Virus record (IMG/VR): IMGVR_UViG_3300027833_000060
Coordinates: 1 to 57,614 of that record
Length of the DNA: 57,614 nucleotides
Strand: one strand, 5' to 3'
Source of the DNA: a virus
Taxonomy: Duplodnaviria > Caudoviricetes
Under the pieces are notes generated by a model. That model saw only the letters and a list, made by a program, of their open reading frames with translations, searched no databases and was not told the DNA's origin. Positions 38,044 through 47,125 of the stretch are shown one piece after another. Numbering within the stretch: position 1 is the stretch's first letter; every line of letters begins with the position of its first letter. The translations under genes were made by a program, and so were the position numbers.

Positions 38044-38609
38044 GGTGGTAGTTCTCCTTTGTATATCTCTGTGTCTATTATATCCCAGAATTCTAGTAGC
38101 AGTTCGGTTCGTAGCTCTGTCTCCAGATGCTTTTGTTTTAACCTAGTGCGCTGTATTTCTAGGAACGCCAGACGCCGTTGCGCCCATTTGTGTTCAAGTT
38201 CGGCCATCCATTGCAGTCGCTTTGTGTAAGGTATTTCACCGTACAGTTCTTCTGCTTTGGCAGTGGCTCTCGCTATTCGTTCGCGCCGTGCAGTTTGGAC
38301 GTAGCGTCCGTTAATACGGCGGTATATAGCTTGAACCTCCGTGTATTGGAGACTCCTCCTGTCAAAATTATCTCGTATCTCTACGAGGTACTGCGTAAAT
38401 CCTTCCAGATTATGGCTGTATGCTTCTATCAGTGGCTTCAAAAACTCATGCGCCTTCGGTAGTAAGAAGACCTCTGGGTTACTTGCGTAACTTGTCATGT
38501 GTTTGTCTGTTATTATTAACCAATCGTTTACTTTATCTGGATTTCTTAGCAGTGTTTCAGTGACACTGGATACCGGACTCTCGTCAAAGTTATCAACCTT
38601 GATGCCCAT
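38034..38609 (-). CDS. Hypothetical protein (start ATG 38609 or GTG 38651)
   Basis: Long helical ORF overlapping the exonuclease start. Confidence 0.65.
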   Translation of the reverse strand: MGIKVDNFDESPVSSVTETLLRNPDKVNDWLIITDKHMTSYASNPEVFLLPKAHEFLKPLIEAYSHNLEGFTQYLVEIRDNFDRRSLQYTEVQAIYRRINGRYVQTARRERIARATAKAEELYGEIPYTKRLQWMAELEHKWAQRRLAFLEIQRTRLKQKHLETELRTELLLEFWDIIDTEIYKGELPPWN

Positions 38610-38818
38610 AGTAATACTCTCATTCCCCCGCAGGTATAAATCTTGGCGCACTGTATCGCGCCTAGCGTTAAATTCAATTTGTTATTGTTCCCGTTGTATA
38701 CGGCTGTCGGTGGGCCGACAGGGGGGTTTATCCAATTGCAGAGGAGGCTCCACCCGTCCACGGCGTGGCTGACTAGGCGGTACATAGACTTAACTTTTAA
38801 TAATAGTGATTCTCTCAT
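38546..38818 (-). CDS. Doubtful ORF with strong SD running through a structured region
   Basis: AAGGAGATATAA before ATG 38818; atypical composition. Confidence 0.3.
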   Translation of the reverse strand: MRESLLLKVKSMYRLVSHAVDGWSLLCNWINPPVGPPTAVYNGNNNKLNLTLGAIQCAKIYTCGGMRVLLWASRLITLTRVRYPVSLKHC

Positions 38819-38899
38819 TTATATCTCCTTTGAACTTGCTTACATGTATATAACATAGAACGACACCATCTGTACACATTTTTACAGATTCGAAAAGTC

Positions 38900-40819
38900 T
38901 TATTTTGCGTCACCATATGTATCCGCAATGTCTCCCTCACTCCATGTAATTAGCTCGGGCCACCATACAGGGGGCGTTCTCATTACTTGTTGCACTACAT
39001 CTAGTATTCGTACTGCGTCATCTTCAGGGACAACATAAACCAACTCATCGTGCACCATCAGCGCAGGATTTAAACCAGTAATCTGTTGTACTGTTAACGC
39101 ATTGTCGGCGATTACACATCGAGCGAGGTGCTGTACTATGTTCTCATCTATTTTCCCTGCGTATATTCTGGCCTTGTTACGACCATGTCCGTACACAAAC
39201 TCCATACGGTTATCGTCTTCGTTGCGTTCCGTCCTTAGACTTGGGTAACGAATGATTCCTTTGGGTGTTTGTAATCCGACAGGGGTAGGGACAACCATGC
39301 CCCATGGATCGACGGCAACACTGGTTTCACCACGCATGATCGTTGGCAGTACGTTGTGACACGTTCGCCACCCTTGAGTGATCTCGTAGTACTGTGAGCG
39401 CCACTTGTCGACGATGTCACGGCTTTCGTTCTCATCTAATTCAACCCCGCCCATGATCTTTGCGACGGTCATAAATGTCTTCCACCCTGCGCCGAACCCT
39501 AGTCCGAGGTGCGCAACCTTACCGACCTGTCGTTGTTGCTTGGTTACTTCGTCAAACGGGACGTTGTATAATCTACTGGCGAAGTCCTTATACAGATCAG
39601 CTTTCTCAGGGTCAGCCTTGAACATTGCTACGCTAGACGGGACTTGCCATAGGAAGTGGTTGACGCGTAGCTCGATCCCGGAAAGGTCTGCGACGACGAC
39701 TTTGTGGCCCGGTGGGGCGACGAGCGACTTACGCAGTGCATCCGATGGACGTGGGTTATATGGGTTAACACGTGGTAAATTCTGTGGGTTGTAACCCCAA
39801 CCACTCCAACGCCCAGTCGTATCTGCGCCGTAATACTTTAACGGGATAGGGACTTGTGACTTTGGGTGTGCACCGGCGGCGGCAAGGAACGCTTGGATAC
39901 GGGTCTGTAATATAGTCGACTTCGCGTCGAGGCGGGCCGCAGCGGCGGATGCGACGACGGGGTCTTGGTGCTCCTGCAAAGCTAGGAAGTCTTCATCCGT
40001 CTTGGCCAAGGCAGGAATGTCTTTACCAGTGCGCGGCGAGACTTTAAGTGGCACCTCCACACCTAGCGTTTGCAGGAACGTAGCAAATTTAGCAGCAGAC
40101 GATAATACTTTCAACACCGCTGCAATGTTTTCGTCCTCACTTACCAGTGGGTCATACACGTCCATCGTCTTCGCCGCCTCGAGCATAGCCTTCTGTCGAC
40201 GTATGCTTTCTTCTTCTAGTGTGCGGTGTAGTAGATCAAGGTCAGCATCAAACTGTGGCTCGATCAACATACGTATAGTCATGTCGACTAACTTGACCTC
40301 TTCTCGACGGGTCTGCGGTATTAGTTTGCGTAGCAGTGCATAGCATTGGTCCGTGTCAGCGGCGTTGTACGTACACATGTCAGCAACTTCTTGTTCAGTA
40401 AAATCACTGAGATGCCTACCTTTGGTTGCGAGTAGGGCAGATTGATCTTTGCGACCTAACCCGTAGTGCTCTACTAACTTAAACAGTGATAAGCCAACGT
40501 CCTTGGCGTGAATGGGGCGTGCCATTGCAAGCGTACAACCCCACAGCTTAGGTTTTATTCCAAGCCTCCACGACAGGATCATGGCATCAAAGCCAGACAG
40601 ATTATGCCCGACGACCCAGTAGTCTGCCCAGTCAACGCTATCAACGTAAGCCTGCACCGCGTCCTCGCCGACGATGACAACTGATGAGTCGTCGCCGTGC
40701 TTGAACGAACAAGAAATTATCTCGGTGTCAGGGTGCATACAATACGCAATAGGTGACATCTTGGTCAGAGAGTGCGTTACACTCCAGTAGGTCTCAAGAT
40801 CGACGGTACATATTTTCAT
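38900..40819 (-). CDS. polA: DNA polymerase family A with 3'-5' exonuclease; start revised to ATG 40819
   Basis: SD AAGGAG; VDLET, GHNLSGFD, YNAAD exonuclease motifs; TGRWSG..NPQNLP; motif A ADLSGIELR; motif B RQVGKVAHLGLGFG; motif C VHDE. Confidence 0.92.
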   Translation of the reverse strand: MKICTVDLETYWSVTHSLTKMSPIAYCMHPDTEIISCSFKHGDDSSVVIVGEDAVQAYVDSVDWADYWVVGHNLSGFDAMILSWRLGIKPKLWGCTLAMARPIHAKDVGLSLFKLVEHYGLGRKDQSALLATKGRHLSDFTEQEVADMCTYNAADTDQCYALLRKLIPQTRREEVKLVDMTIRMLIEPQFDADLDLLHRTLEEESIRRQKAMLEAAKTMDVYDPLVSEDENIAAVLKVLSSAAKFATFLQTLGVEVPLKVSPRTGKDIPALAKTDEDFLALQEHQDPVVASAAAARLDAKSTILQTRIQAFLAAAGAHPKSQVPIPLKYYGADTTGRWSGWGYNPQNLPRVNPYNPRPSDALRKSLVAPPGHKVVVADLSGIELRVNHFLWQVPSSVAMFKADPEKADLYKDFASRLYNVPFDEVTKQQRQVGKVAHLGLGFGAGWKTFMTVAKIMGGVELDENESRDIVDKWRSQYYEITQGWRTCHNVLPTIMRGETSVAVDPWGMVVPTPVGLQTPKGIIRYPSLRTERNEDDNRMEFVYGHGRNKARIYAGKIDENIVQHLARCVIADNALTVQQITGLNPALMVHDELVYVVPEDDAVRILDVVQQVMRTPPVWWPELITWSEGDIADTYGDAK

Positions 40820-40830
40820 GGTATAACTCC

Positions 40831-41196
40831 TTATGGATTGACCGCCCACATGACGACCGCTACGATGACAACAAGAGCCGCAATTTGTGCGAGCTTGCAT
40901 TGTTTCTTCGCCTTGAGTAGTTCAGCTTCTAATTGCTCAATACGCACTTTTGCGTCCGGAATTACGAGCGACGGTTTGCGCGTCGTTGGTTCCTTTTTGG
41001 CAACACTTGCTACGACGGGTTCTTTAAACGCGGTCTGCAACACGGGCTTCTTTTTCTTCTTTGCGTTCTTGCCCAGCGGCGTATTCAACGCTTTGTTTAC
41101 ACTCCACCCTAATTTATTCACTCGTTGAAATACGGTCGCAGGGGGTAGCCCTGCTTCACGTGCGAGTCTTGATAAATTTACTTTTTTATTAGCCAT
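40831..41196 (-). CDS. HTH-like DNA-binding protein with C-terminal TM anchor
   Basis: LSRLAREAGLPPATVFQRV..GWS..KAL; terminal IAALVVIVAVVMWAV. Confidence 0.6.
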   Translation of the reverse strand: MANKKVNLSRLAREAGLPPATVFQRVNKLGWSVNKALNTPLGKNAKKKKKPVLQTAFKEPVVASVAKKEPTTRKPSLVIPDAKVRIEQLEAELLKAKKQCKLAQIAALVVIVAVVMWAVNP

Positions 41197-41228
41197 AATA
41201 ACTTTCCTTATTAGTTAGTTTAAATGTT

Positions 41229-41348
41229 CCCGACGTTTGCCTGATTGCCGTTCTAAGTGGGTCTATGCTTCGTGACCGTGCTAACCGATCAGACATTCAC
41301 CCCAGATGCGTCGGGTCACCTGCACTCGGAGCGCACGGCCACCCACTC
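41229..41348 (-). ncRNA. Candidate pseudoknotted structured RNA
   Basis: Four 7-8 bp helices in crossing arrangement; G-U wobbles form only on the minus strand; fills the intergenic gap. Confidence 0.55.
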
Positions 41349-41352
41349 GAAT

Positions 41353-42024
41353 TTAAGAGGTGATGCGGTGCGCAATCGCCATGCTTGCTAGAGCGTTACG
41401 ATCAATACCTAAGTCCTCAACAGCAGAGGAACGAGATGTCTTCTTACCTCGCGGTTCCGTCGGCTGCCGTAGCTTGGCCATGTGGTTGGCAGGCACATAC
41501 ATCTCTATCTCTGGCATCTCTCTCACTGCCGCGTTGAGTGAAGCGTGCTGACTCATAAACGATGATAGTTGATCTTCTACCGTACTGTACTGCTCGGCGA
41601 TCACTCCACGTTGGAGGTTGCGGTCGTTCGCCTCATCGAGCCAAGTCTTTAACAACTCAGGGCAGTCGGAGCGGCGTACCTGTACCTCGACGGCGTAGTA
41701 CCTGTTCTCTACATTAGGCGGCAGTTCGATACTCTTGTGTTCTGGCGCAGTGATACTTGTCTTGAAGTTATGATCGCCGTCCTCAGTCACAAACTGTAGC
41801 TCCACACGTTCATGCTTCTTACACCATGACTGCGGTAGCTTACCTTTCAACTCAGGTGCGTCACGGAATGCCGCGTTTACTGCGGCCTCAGCGGCGGCGT
41901 CGAACAACGGTGTGCCATACTCAATAGAGTTAGATGCGAAATTCGATAGGGCTTTGTCCTTCATCTTGCGCACGTGGCTCTTGATGTCTTCGACAAGAGT
42001 ATCGGTCTTTCTTACATATGCCAT
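41353..42024 (-). CDS. Hypothetical protein, Nmad5-like
   Basis: SD GGAG; C-terminal SLNAAVREMPEIEMYVP resembles the Nmad5 signature. Confidence 0.5.
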   Translation of the reverse strand: MAYVRKTDTLVEDIKSHVRKMKDKALSNFASNSIEYGTPLFDAAAEAAVNAAFRDAPELKGKLPQSWCKKHERVELQFVTEDGDHNFKTSITAPEHKSIELPPNVENRYYAVEVQVRRSDCPELLKTWLDEANDRNLQRGVIAEQYSTVEDQLSSFMSQHASLNAAVREMPEIEMYVPANHMAKLRQPTEPRGKKTSRSSAVEDLGIDRNALASMAIAHRITS

Positions 42025-42035
42025 GATAGTATCTC

Positions 42036-42578
42036 CTAAGCGGCTTTAACGTTGATGGATAAGGTTTCACCCTGCTCAATCTTACGAGCGAGTGCCCAAC
42101 GGATTTCTTTGGTTGCGTCGTCGTCCTTCAGGTACTGCTTCACGAACGCAATCTTCTCGCCGTTGCTGATGTCTGGCGCTGGTATGGTGTTCGGACGTTC
42201 TCCGTTGCTTACACTTTCCACCCAATTGCTTAGGGTGTAGTTGTAGAAATCCCCCTTAACGGAGAGTTTCAAACGTATCCAAGCGCAGGTATAAGCTATT
42301 AAGTTCTCAACCTCTTCTTCCCTAACGCACTCGACAGTGATGTTATTGTTCCACTTGGTCATGGTCTGCACGCGCCCACCGTATGCTTGGGTCAAGCAGT
42401 CGATGAAGTACGCAGTATCAGCACCGCATGAAGTCAGACCGTCGTGAAGTGCCCTAAGCACAATGTTGCGACGACGTGATGACCACTTGGTTGGGTTGAT
42501 GTGAACGGTAGCACCGATAAATCCGGTGTCCCTCGATAAGTCAGCGGCTATATAAGACGCGTTGTTTCTTGCAGTCAT
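42036..42578 (-). CDS. Hypothetical early protein
   Basis: SD GAGGAG; operon context. Confidence 0.65.
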   Translation of the reverse strand: MTARNNASYIAADLSRDTGFIGATVHINPTKWSSRRRNIVLRALHDGLTSCGADTAYFIDCLTQAYGGRVQTMTKWNNNITVECVREEEVENLIAYTCAWIRLKLSVKGDFYNYTLSNWVESVSNGERPNTIPAPDISNGEKIAFVKQYLKDDDATKEIRWALARKIEQGETLSINVKAA

Positions 42579-42581
42579 AAG

Positions 42582-43730
42582 TTACTCCTCAAATTTAATT
42601 ACGTGACCCCAATCAAAGGCTTCGGTGCCGATGGTTAGCCACACAGTTTCATGGTTGGTTGTGAATTGAGACTGATCGCCGTAGCCATCTGTCAGGTAGA
42701 CAACGCACTCAGGATCAATTGCGTTGGTATCAATCCAGTCGAACACTGGTTTGAATGATGTACCGCCACCGCCGACTGATCGGATAGTAACGGGGAAGTC
42801 CTCAGGTGTGTACTCGTCAACACCTGCTACTTGGGAGTCGCAGTAGACAACATGCACAACCTCAGGGTTACACGTGTCGATGATGCGGTTGATGTGACCG
42901 TTGAACATAGCTATCTCGTCGTCACCGATGGAGCAGGACGTATCGACACCGATAACAATTGGACCCATCTTGGGGACGTAGTCGACTCCAGGAATATATA
43001 TGTTACGAGCGATGAACCTACGATTAGGTCTGTTCCATGAGTAACCGTCTTTGATCTTACCGGCCATGAACCGCTCAAGAATATCGTACCAAGGAGTCTT
43101 CACGTTAACTAACTCGTCGATCAGTCGTTCTATCCCAGCTGGTAGCTTACCGACGGCCTTCGCCGCTTTAGCAGATTGGATGGCGTCGATCTTAGCCTCA
43201 GCCTCAAGTTGGTGGATAGTTGCGTCGTCGAGTGGCTGCCCGCTATCATCGACGGGGTCACCGATGTCGTTGCCGATCCCGCCTGCTCCTTCACCGCCGC
43301 CGTCGTCGTTCTCGTCGTACAAAGACTCAGCGGCCATGTCACGTGCACCATCTAATGTGATGCCGCCGTCAATAAAGTCGCCTACCTTTGCGTCGATCAG
43401 CGTGTCGTTGATGACTTTGTCAGCGGCTACGTTCCACGCTTTGGGGTCACGATGTCCACGGCGTAGGCCATGCGATAGCATGTAGTGCATAGCCTCGTGT
43501 GCCAATAAGAACATAAGCTGTCGAACAGTTAGTGGTTCACAGAAGTCTACGTTCAGGTACATCTGCCCAGTGGCAGACATAGCGGCAGTAGGCACCGTAT
43601 CGGTGTAGATAATGGGGCGCTTGGTACATGCAGTACCAAAGAACGGATGATCTAAGATCAGTAGTGCTTTTGCCTTACCTACCTTGCGTTGCACTTCATC
43701 GAGTGCAGTGTGCTGTAGTTGAGCGTTCAT
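42582..43730 (-). CDS. DUF2201-like metallopeptidase plus VWA domain protein
   Basis: LAHEAMH (HExxH), WNVAAD..IN, MIDAS DTSCS, GGGGTSF, YLTDG. Confidence 0.85.
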   Translation of the reverse strand: MNAQLQHTALDEVQRKVGKAKALLILDHPFFGTACTKRPIIYTDTVPTAAMSATGQMYLNVDFCEPLTVRQLMFLLAHEAMHYMLSHGLRRGHRDPKAWNVAADKVINDTLIDAKVGDFIDGGITLDGARDMAAESLYDENDDGGGEGAGGIGNDIGDPVDDSGQPLDDATIHQLEAEAKIDAIQSAKAAKAVGKLPAGIERLIDELVNVKTPWYDILERFMAGKIKDGYSWNRPNRRFIARNIYIPGVDYVPKMGPIVIGVDTSCSIGDDEIAMFNGHINRIIDTCNPEVVHVVYCDSQVAGVDEYTPEDFPVTIRSVGGGGTSFKPVFDWIDTNAIDPECVVYLTDGYGDQSQFTTNHETVWLTIGTEAFDWGHVIKFEE

Positions 43731-43734
43731 AATG

Positions 43735-43893
43735 TTACTCCAGTTCAGTGGTGTTTAAGACGATGGCGCTGTAGCCGCCAAGAAGAGACAAGGCTTCCTT
43801 GATACCCTCGTCGGCGGCTTCGGCTTCGGTGTACGCCTCGACAATCACAGTGCGTGATGCGATAACTTCGACTTGGACTTCGTAGTTAGGCAT
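43735..43893 (-). CDS. 52-aa hypothetical protein (MPNYEVQVEV..VEAYTEAEA), not in ORF track
   Basis: TGATG coupling; translated by hand. Confidence 0.6.
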   Translation of the reverse strand: MPNYEVQVEVIASRTVIVEAYTEAEAADEGIKEALSLLGGYSAIVLNTTELE

Positions 43894-45065
43894 CAGACTA
43901 GACCCTGCATCTTGCTCATCAGGTCGTCGATTTGAGTGGCGGCTTTTTCACGTACCGATGGCACGTTGCGGAGCATGTCCTTGTTGTTGGCGTATGTACC
44001 AACGAGTGACTGCAAGTCTTTGATACGCTCGGCAATCACAGGGTCGTCGGACACGTTGACCTTGGCCATACGAGATGCAACGTCCACCATGTTGTCGATC
44101 ATGGAGTCACGGAATACGCTACCGTCTTCGCCGATCTTGACTGTCAACTTACCGACAGCGCGGCGCATTGGTTCGATCATCTCATTAAGGACATGTGCAC
44201 TTGCGTTAGCACAAGCGTCGTCGAGTTGCTTCTGGACCGTCGCCTTGTCCTCGTCACTGATACCTAAGCGTGGGTCAAACCCATCAGCTGTAGGCACAGG
44301 CATATAACGTACCTCGACGCTAAACTTGGCACGCATCTCATCAGCATCAGGATAGTCAGCAGGGTTGGCTAGGTTCGGCTTACCCTTGGCGTAGGCTATG
44401 TCAGCTAAACGTTTTAGGTCAGCGGCTACCTCAGCATCCCAGTTGTGATACAAGTCGTCGACGGCGTCGTCAGCGCTTTGGATGAGATCACGCAGACCAG
44501 TTGTGAAGTCCATGTAGTTGCCGATGTTGAGCAGTTCCACACCAGTAGTCCACGGTACAGTATTGTCTTTGCTGTACGTGTAGACCTCGGTGTACTTGCT
44601 GATTGCTTCCTTGACGCGGTTGTTGCGGCCTTCGAACAGATGCTTGTTAACATTGCCTGCGCCGTATGCTCTAGTCTCCTCGGTGTCGAGCTTGTACGGT
44701 GAGTACATACGACGCTTGACCTGCACCAGCACAGCCTTTTCGTCTAGGTTCTTGACCTTGACAGTCTCTCTAACTGGCTCAGGAGTTAACACGTTAACAG
44801 GTGCGTCGTCGATGTTACCGGGGACCGGGGTCAGGTCGACGTCGGCGGTTACGTCATCGTCTAGGTAATTATACTTAGGCTCCGATGACGTTAACTGCGC
44901 CGAACACGGTGCGGCAGATGATGAGTCGTGCGTCGGCGACACTGTGTCGATAACTTGGACAGCTGAGTCAGTCTCGACGTCAGCGACAGCATCCACCCAT
45001 TCAGGTGTTACAGGTGTTGATTGCGCGGCAAGCATGGCGGCGCGGAGTTGTTCGTGCATAGTCAT
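43893..45065 (-). CDS. DUF3150-like protein
   Basis: SD GAGGAGG; NPADYPDADEMRAKF motif; lies between the AAA and VWA genes. Confidence 0.55.
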   Translation of the reverse strand: MTMHEQLRAAMLAAQSTPVTPEWVDAVADVETDSAVQVIDTVSPTHDSSSAAPCSAQLTSSEPKYNYLDDDVTADVDLTPVPGNIDDAPVNVLTPEPVRETVKVKNLDEKAVLVQVKRRMYSPYKLDTEETRAYGAGNVNKHLFEGRNNRVKEAISKYTEVYTYSKDNTVPWTTGVELLNIGNYMDFTTGLRDLIQSADDAVDDLYHNWDAEVAADLKRLADIAYAKGKPNLANPADYPDADEMRAKFSVEVRYMPVPTADGFDPRLGISDEDKATVQKQLDDACANASAHVLNEMIEPMRRAVGKLTVKIGEDGSVFRDSMIDNMVDVASRMAKVNVSDDPVIAERIKDLQSLVGTYANNKDMLRNVPSVREKAATQIDDLMSKMQGLV

Positions 45066-45235
45066 TTGGATTCCTCCTCGTGAATTGAAATCATTGTTGG
45101 GTGGTTGTCATACAGGTAGACAATAAACGGTGTTTGACCGTGTTCACCCTTGACGGCATAACCCGTACACGGGCCATGGTCGCAGTCTTCGTTACGCTCG
45201 GCGACAGCGTCGTAATAGCCTTCATGTATTCGCAT
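45062..45235 (-). CDS. 57-aa hypothetical protein (MRIHEGYYD...), not in ORF track
   Basis: TAATG and ATGA coupling on both sides. Confidence 0.55.
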   Translation of the reverse strand: MRIHEGYYDAVAERNEDCDHGPCTGYAVKGEHGQTPFIVYLYDNHPTMISIHEEESK

Positions 45236-46248
45236 TAGTTCCCTCCCATGAAAATGTCTTTGTTCTTGATAGCCCAGTCGATGAAGTCCTTGGTCTGTTG
45301 CAACTGCGGCGATAACCTCAGCGCGTCAGTGACGTACACCATCTGGAATTCTTTCGGTAACCTAGCCATGTAAGTCATGTCTCGCCCGAAACTATCAGGC
45401 GTCGCAGTCATAGACAGCGCAGTCGACACGGCATACTTAACCGCAGGTTCTTGTGGCACCTCAGTATCAGCAGGGTGCAGACGTATGACGTCGATGCTAG
45501 GCATCTTGTTCATCATGTCACGGGCGGCTACCCATTCGGCGGCGGCACCCTCACCAACTTTACCCTCGGCAGCGGTCAGATACATGTTAGTGGGTAAGTC
45601 GTTAGGCACTTCTGTAAACAACTTAGTCCACGAGCGTTGCGTTGGATTGCTACGTCGGTTGGGGTCGTAGTCGTTGAGCAGGTTGGGACGTAAGCGGAGG
45701 AACGCAATACCCATAGCATCGACGCCATTGTTCATAGCCCACTCGCACCAATCATCTAGCGAAGTCTCGACATCGAAGTGATACATACGGTCGTTAAGAT
45801 GGCCCAACAACGGCTTAGCACCTGCACGGTCTTCCGCACGGTTACCGGTGGCGATCATCACGACGTCATCGTCTACCGTAAATACAGGCGTCGCACGCTC
45901 TAACACGAAACCTGCTGACCATGTCTGCAACTGTTGGTTAGACTGTGCAAGTTCCTCAAGCACGATCATCCCTGCACCTGTGCCTTGACGAAAGTCATAG
46001 AACATCTTGGTCGGGTTAAACACGGTCATACCGTCGGTCACACTGGGCACACCAGTGAAGTCGACAACGTCGTGGTTGTTGATGTGAACGATAAGCACTC
46101 GGTCACGGGGGATGCCTAACTCATCAGCGATTTGCAGACATGCGTCGCTCTTACCCATTCCGGGCGCACCGTGCATCATCGGTACTGCCTTGGGTGACTT
46201 ACGGTAGATCGCAGAGACTGTGCTCTTGCATTCATTTATACTAGCCAT
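45235..46248 (-). CDS. MoxR-like AAA+ ATPase
   Basis: Walker A GAPGMGKS, Walker B MIVLEE, ATGNRAED, LNDR, PTQRSW. Confidence 0.85.
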   Translation of the reverse strand: MASINECKSTVSAIYRKSPKAVPMMHGAPGMGKSDACLQIADELGIPRDRVLIVHINNHDVVDFTGVPSVTDGMTVFNPTKMFYDFRQGTGAGMIVLEELAQSNQQLQTWSAGFVLERATPVFTVDDDVVMIATGNRAEDRAGAKPLLGHLNDRMYHFDVETSLDDWCEWAMNNGVDAMGIAFLRLRPNLLNDYDPNRRSNPTQRSWTKLFTEVPNDLPTNMYLTAAEGKVGEGAAAEWVAARDMMNKMPSIDVIRLHPADTEVPQEPAVKYAVSTALSMTATPDSFGRDMTYMARLPKEFQMVYVTDALRLSPQLQQTKDFIDWAIKNKDIFMGGN

Positions 46249-46293
46249 AGTTTTACTCCTGTGTGCACTTATATGTGCGCAGTTGGTTGGATA

Positions 46294-46322
46294 TGATTAC
46301 ATGTAAACACATAACGAGTCAA
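46294..46322 (-). promoter_or_regulatory. Possible promoter TTGACT-N17-TAATCA with overlapping operator (46295-46308)
   Basis: GATTAC-AT-GTAAAC in the spacer and -10, upstream of the AAA gene. Confidence 0.5.
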
Positions 46323-46792
46323 CAGTGTAGCCATTCTGGTTGTTCACGCTTTGTATACGTGAGTAGTTTAGCCTTCTCATTTCTGTAGTAGGCGCGGTAA
46401 GCAACGACAGCGTCGTCACACTTGTACTCGTCGGGCATAGCCTGAGCGAATGGGGTTGGGTCGTCGTCACGCATCTGAGCTGGAGGGTTAGCAACGACGT
46501 CTTTTAACTTGGTCCACGATAGGTGGCTCTTGTAGTACCTGTGGAAGTACTCATCATTCAGCGCACGGAAGTGGTCGAACAGCCAAGCATAGTTAGCACG
46601 AGACGATGCCGCCCACAGTGTGCAGGGGTGATGCTTGTGCGTAGACTTATACAGTTGGAAGTCGTCGCTACCGTAATGCCGGTGAACAGTCGACAACATC
46701 TGCGCACATTCCAGTGGCATCTTGACCACGTGCTTATCGCATTGCATTTGCGCGGCGATGGTTGGGTCAGTGTCGAGCACGAATATATTCAT
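46319..46792 (-). CDS. Pyrimidine dimer DNA glycosylase / endonuclease V-like protein
   Basis: MNIFVLD..DKHVVKMPLECAQML, THKHHPCTLWA, AYRAYY motifs. Confidence 0.8.
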   Translation of the reverse strand: MNIFVLDTDPTIAAQMQCDKHVVKMPLECAQMLSTVHRHYGSDDFQLYKSTHKHHPCTLWAASSRANYAWLFDHFRALNDEYFHRYYKSHLSWTKLKDVVANPPAQMRDDDPTPFAQAMPDEYKCDDAVVAYRAYYRNEKAKLLTYTKREQPEWLHC

Positions 46793-46962
46793 AGCTTCTC
46801 CTGTTGTACCTCGACGTCTATGCCGAGTGATTTAATGAGTGAGATGACACGATCAGTCAGGGTTGCTGTTCCTGCCATCTCTGCGAACGTGTGAGCACGT
46901 TGACACACGGGGTAAACTACGCGGTTGCCGTAGTTGTTAGCGATACGGACTGTGATGCCCAT
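46789..46962 (-). CDS. 57-aa early protein (MGITVRIANNYGNRVVYPVC...), not in ORF track
   Basis: SD AAGGAG; ATGA overlap; YG...YP.C motif. Confidence 0.7.
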   Translation of the reverse strand: MGITVRIANNYGNRVVYPVCQRAHTFAEMAGTATLTDRVISLIKSLGIDVEVQQEKL

Positions 46963-46981
46963 TGATTAACTCCTTACTCAG

Positions 46982-47125
46982 TTAGATGCAGGCATTGTAC
47001 CGACGGCACAGTTCATCTGCATAGTTGCGGTAGCGGATACGATCTTCGACAGAACGTCCGCTGCGGATGTGAACGACAGCCCACATGTCACCTCGACGGC
47101 GCACTTCATACAATTCAGAGAACAT
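46982..47125 (-). CDS. 47-aa hypothetical protein (MFSELYEVRRRGDMWAVV...), not in ORF track
   Basis: TAATG coupling; translated by hand. Confidence 0.55.
   Translation of the reverse strand: MFSELYEVRRRGDMWAVVHIRSGRSVEDRIRYRNYADELCRRYNACI

Noticed and set aside
38900-40819. HMO-2011-type polymerase with DnaJ zinc-finger insertion
   Set aside because: No CxxCxGxG repeats in the protein
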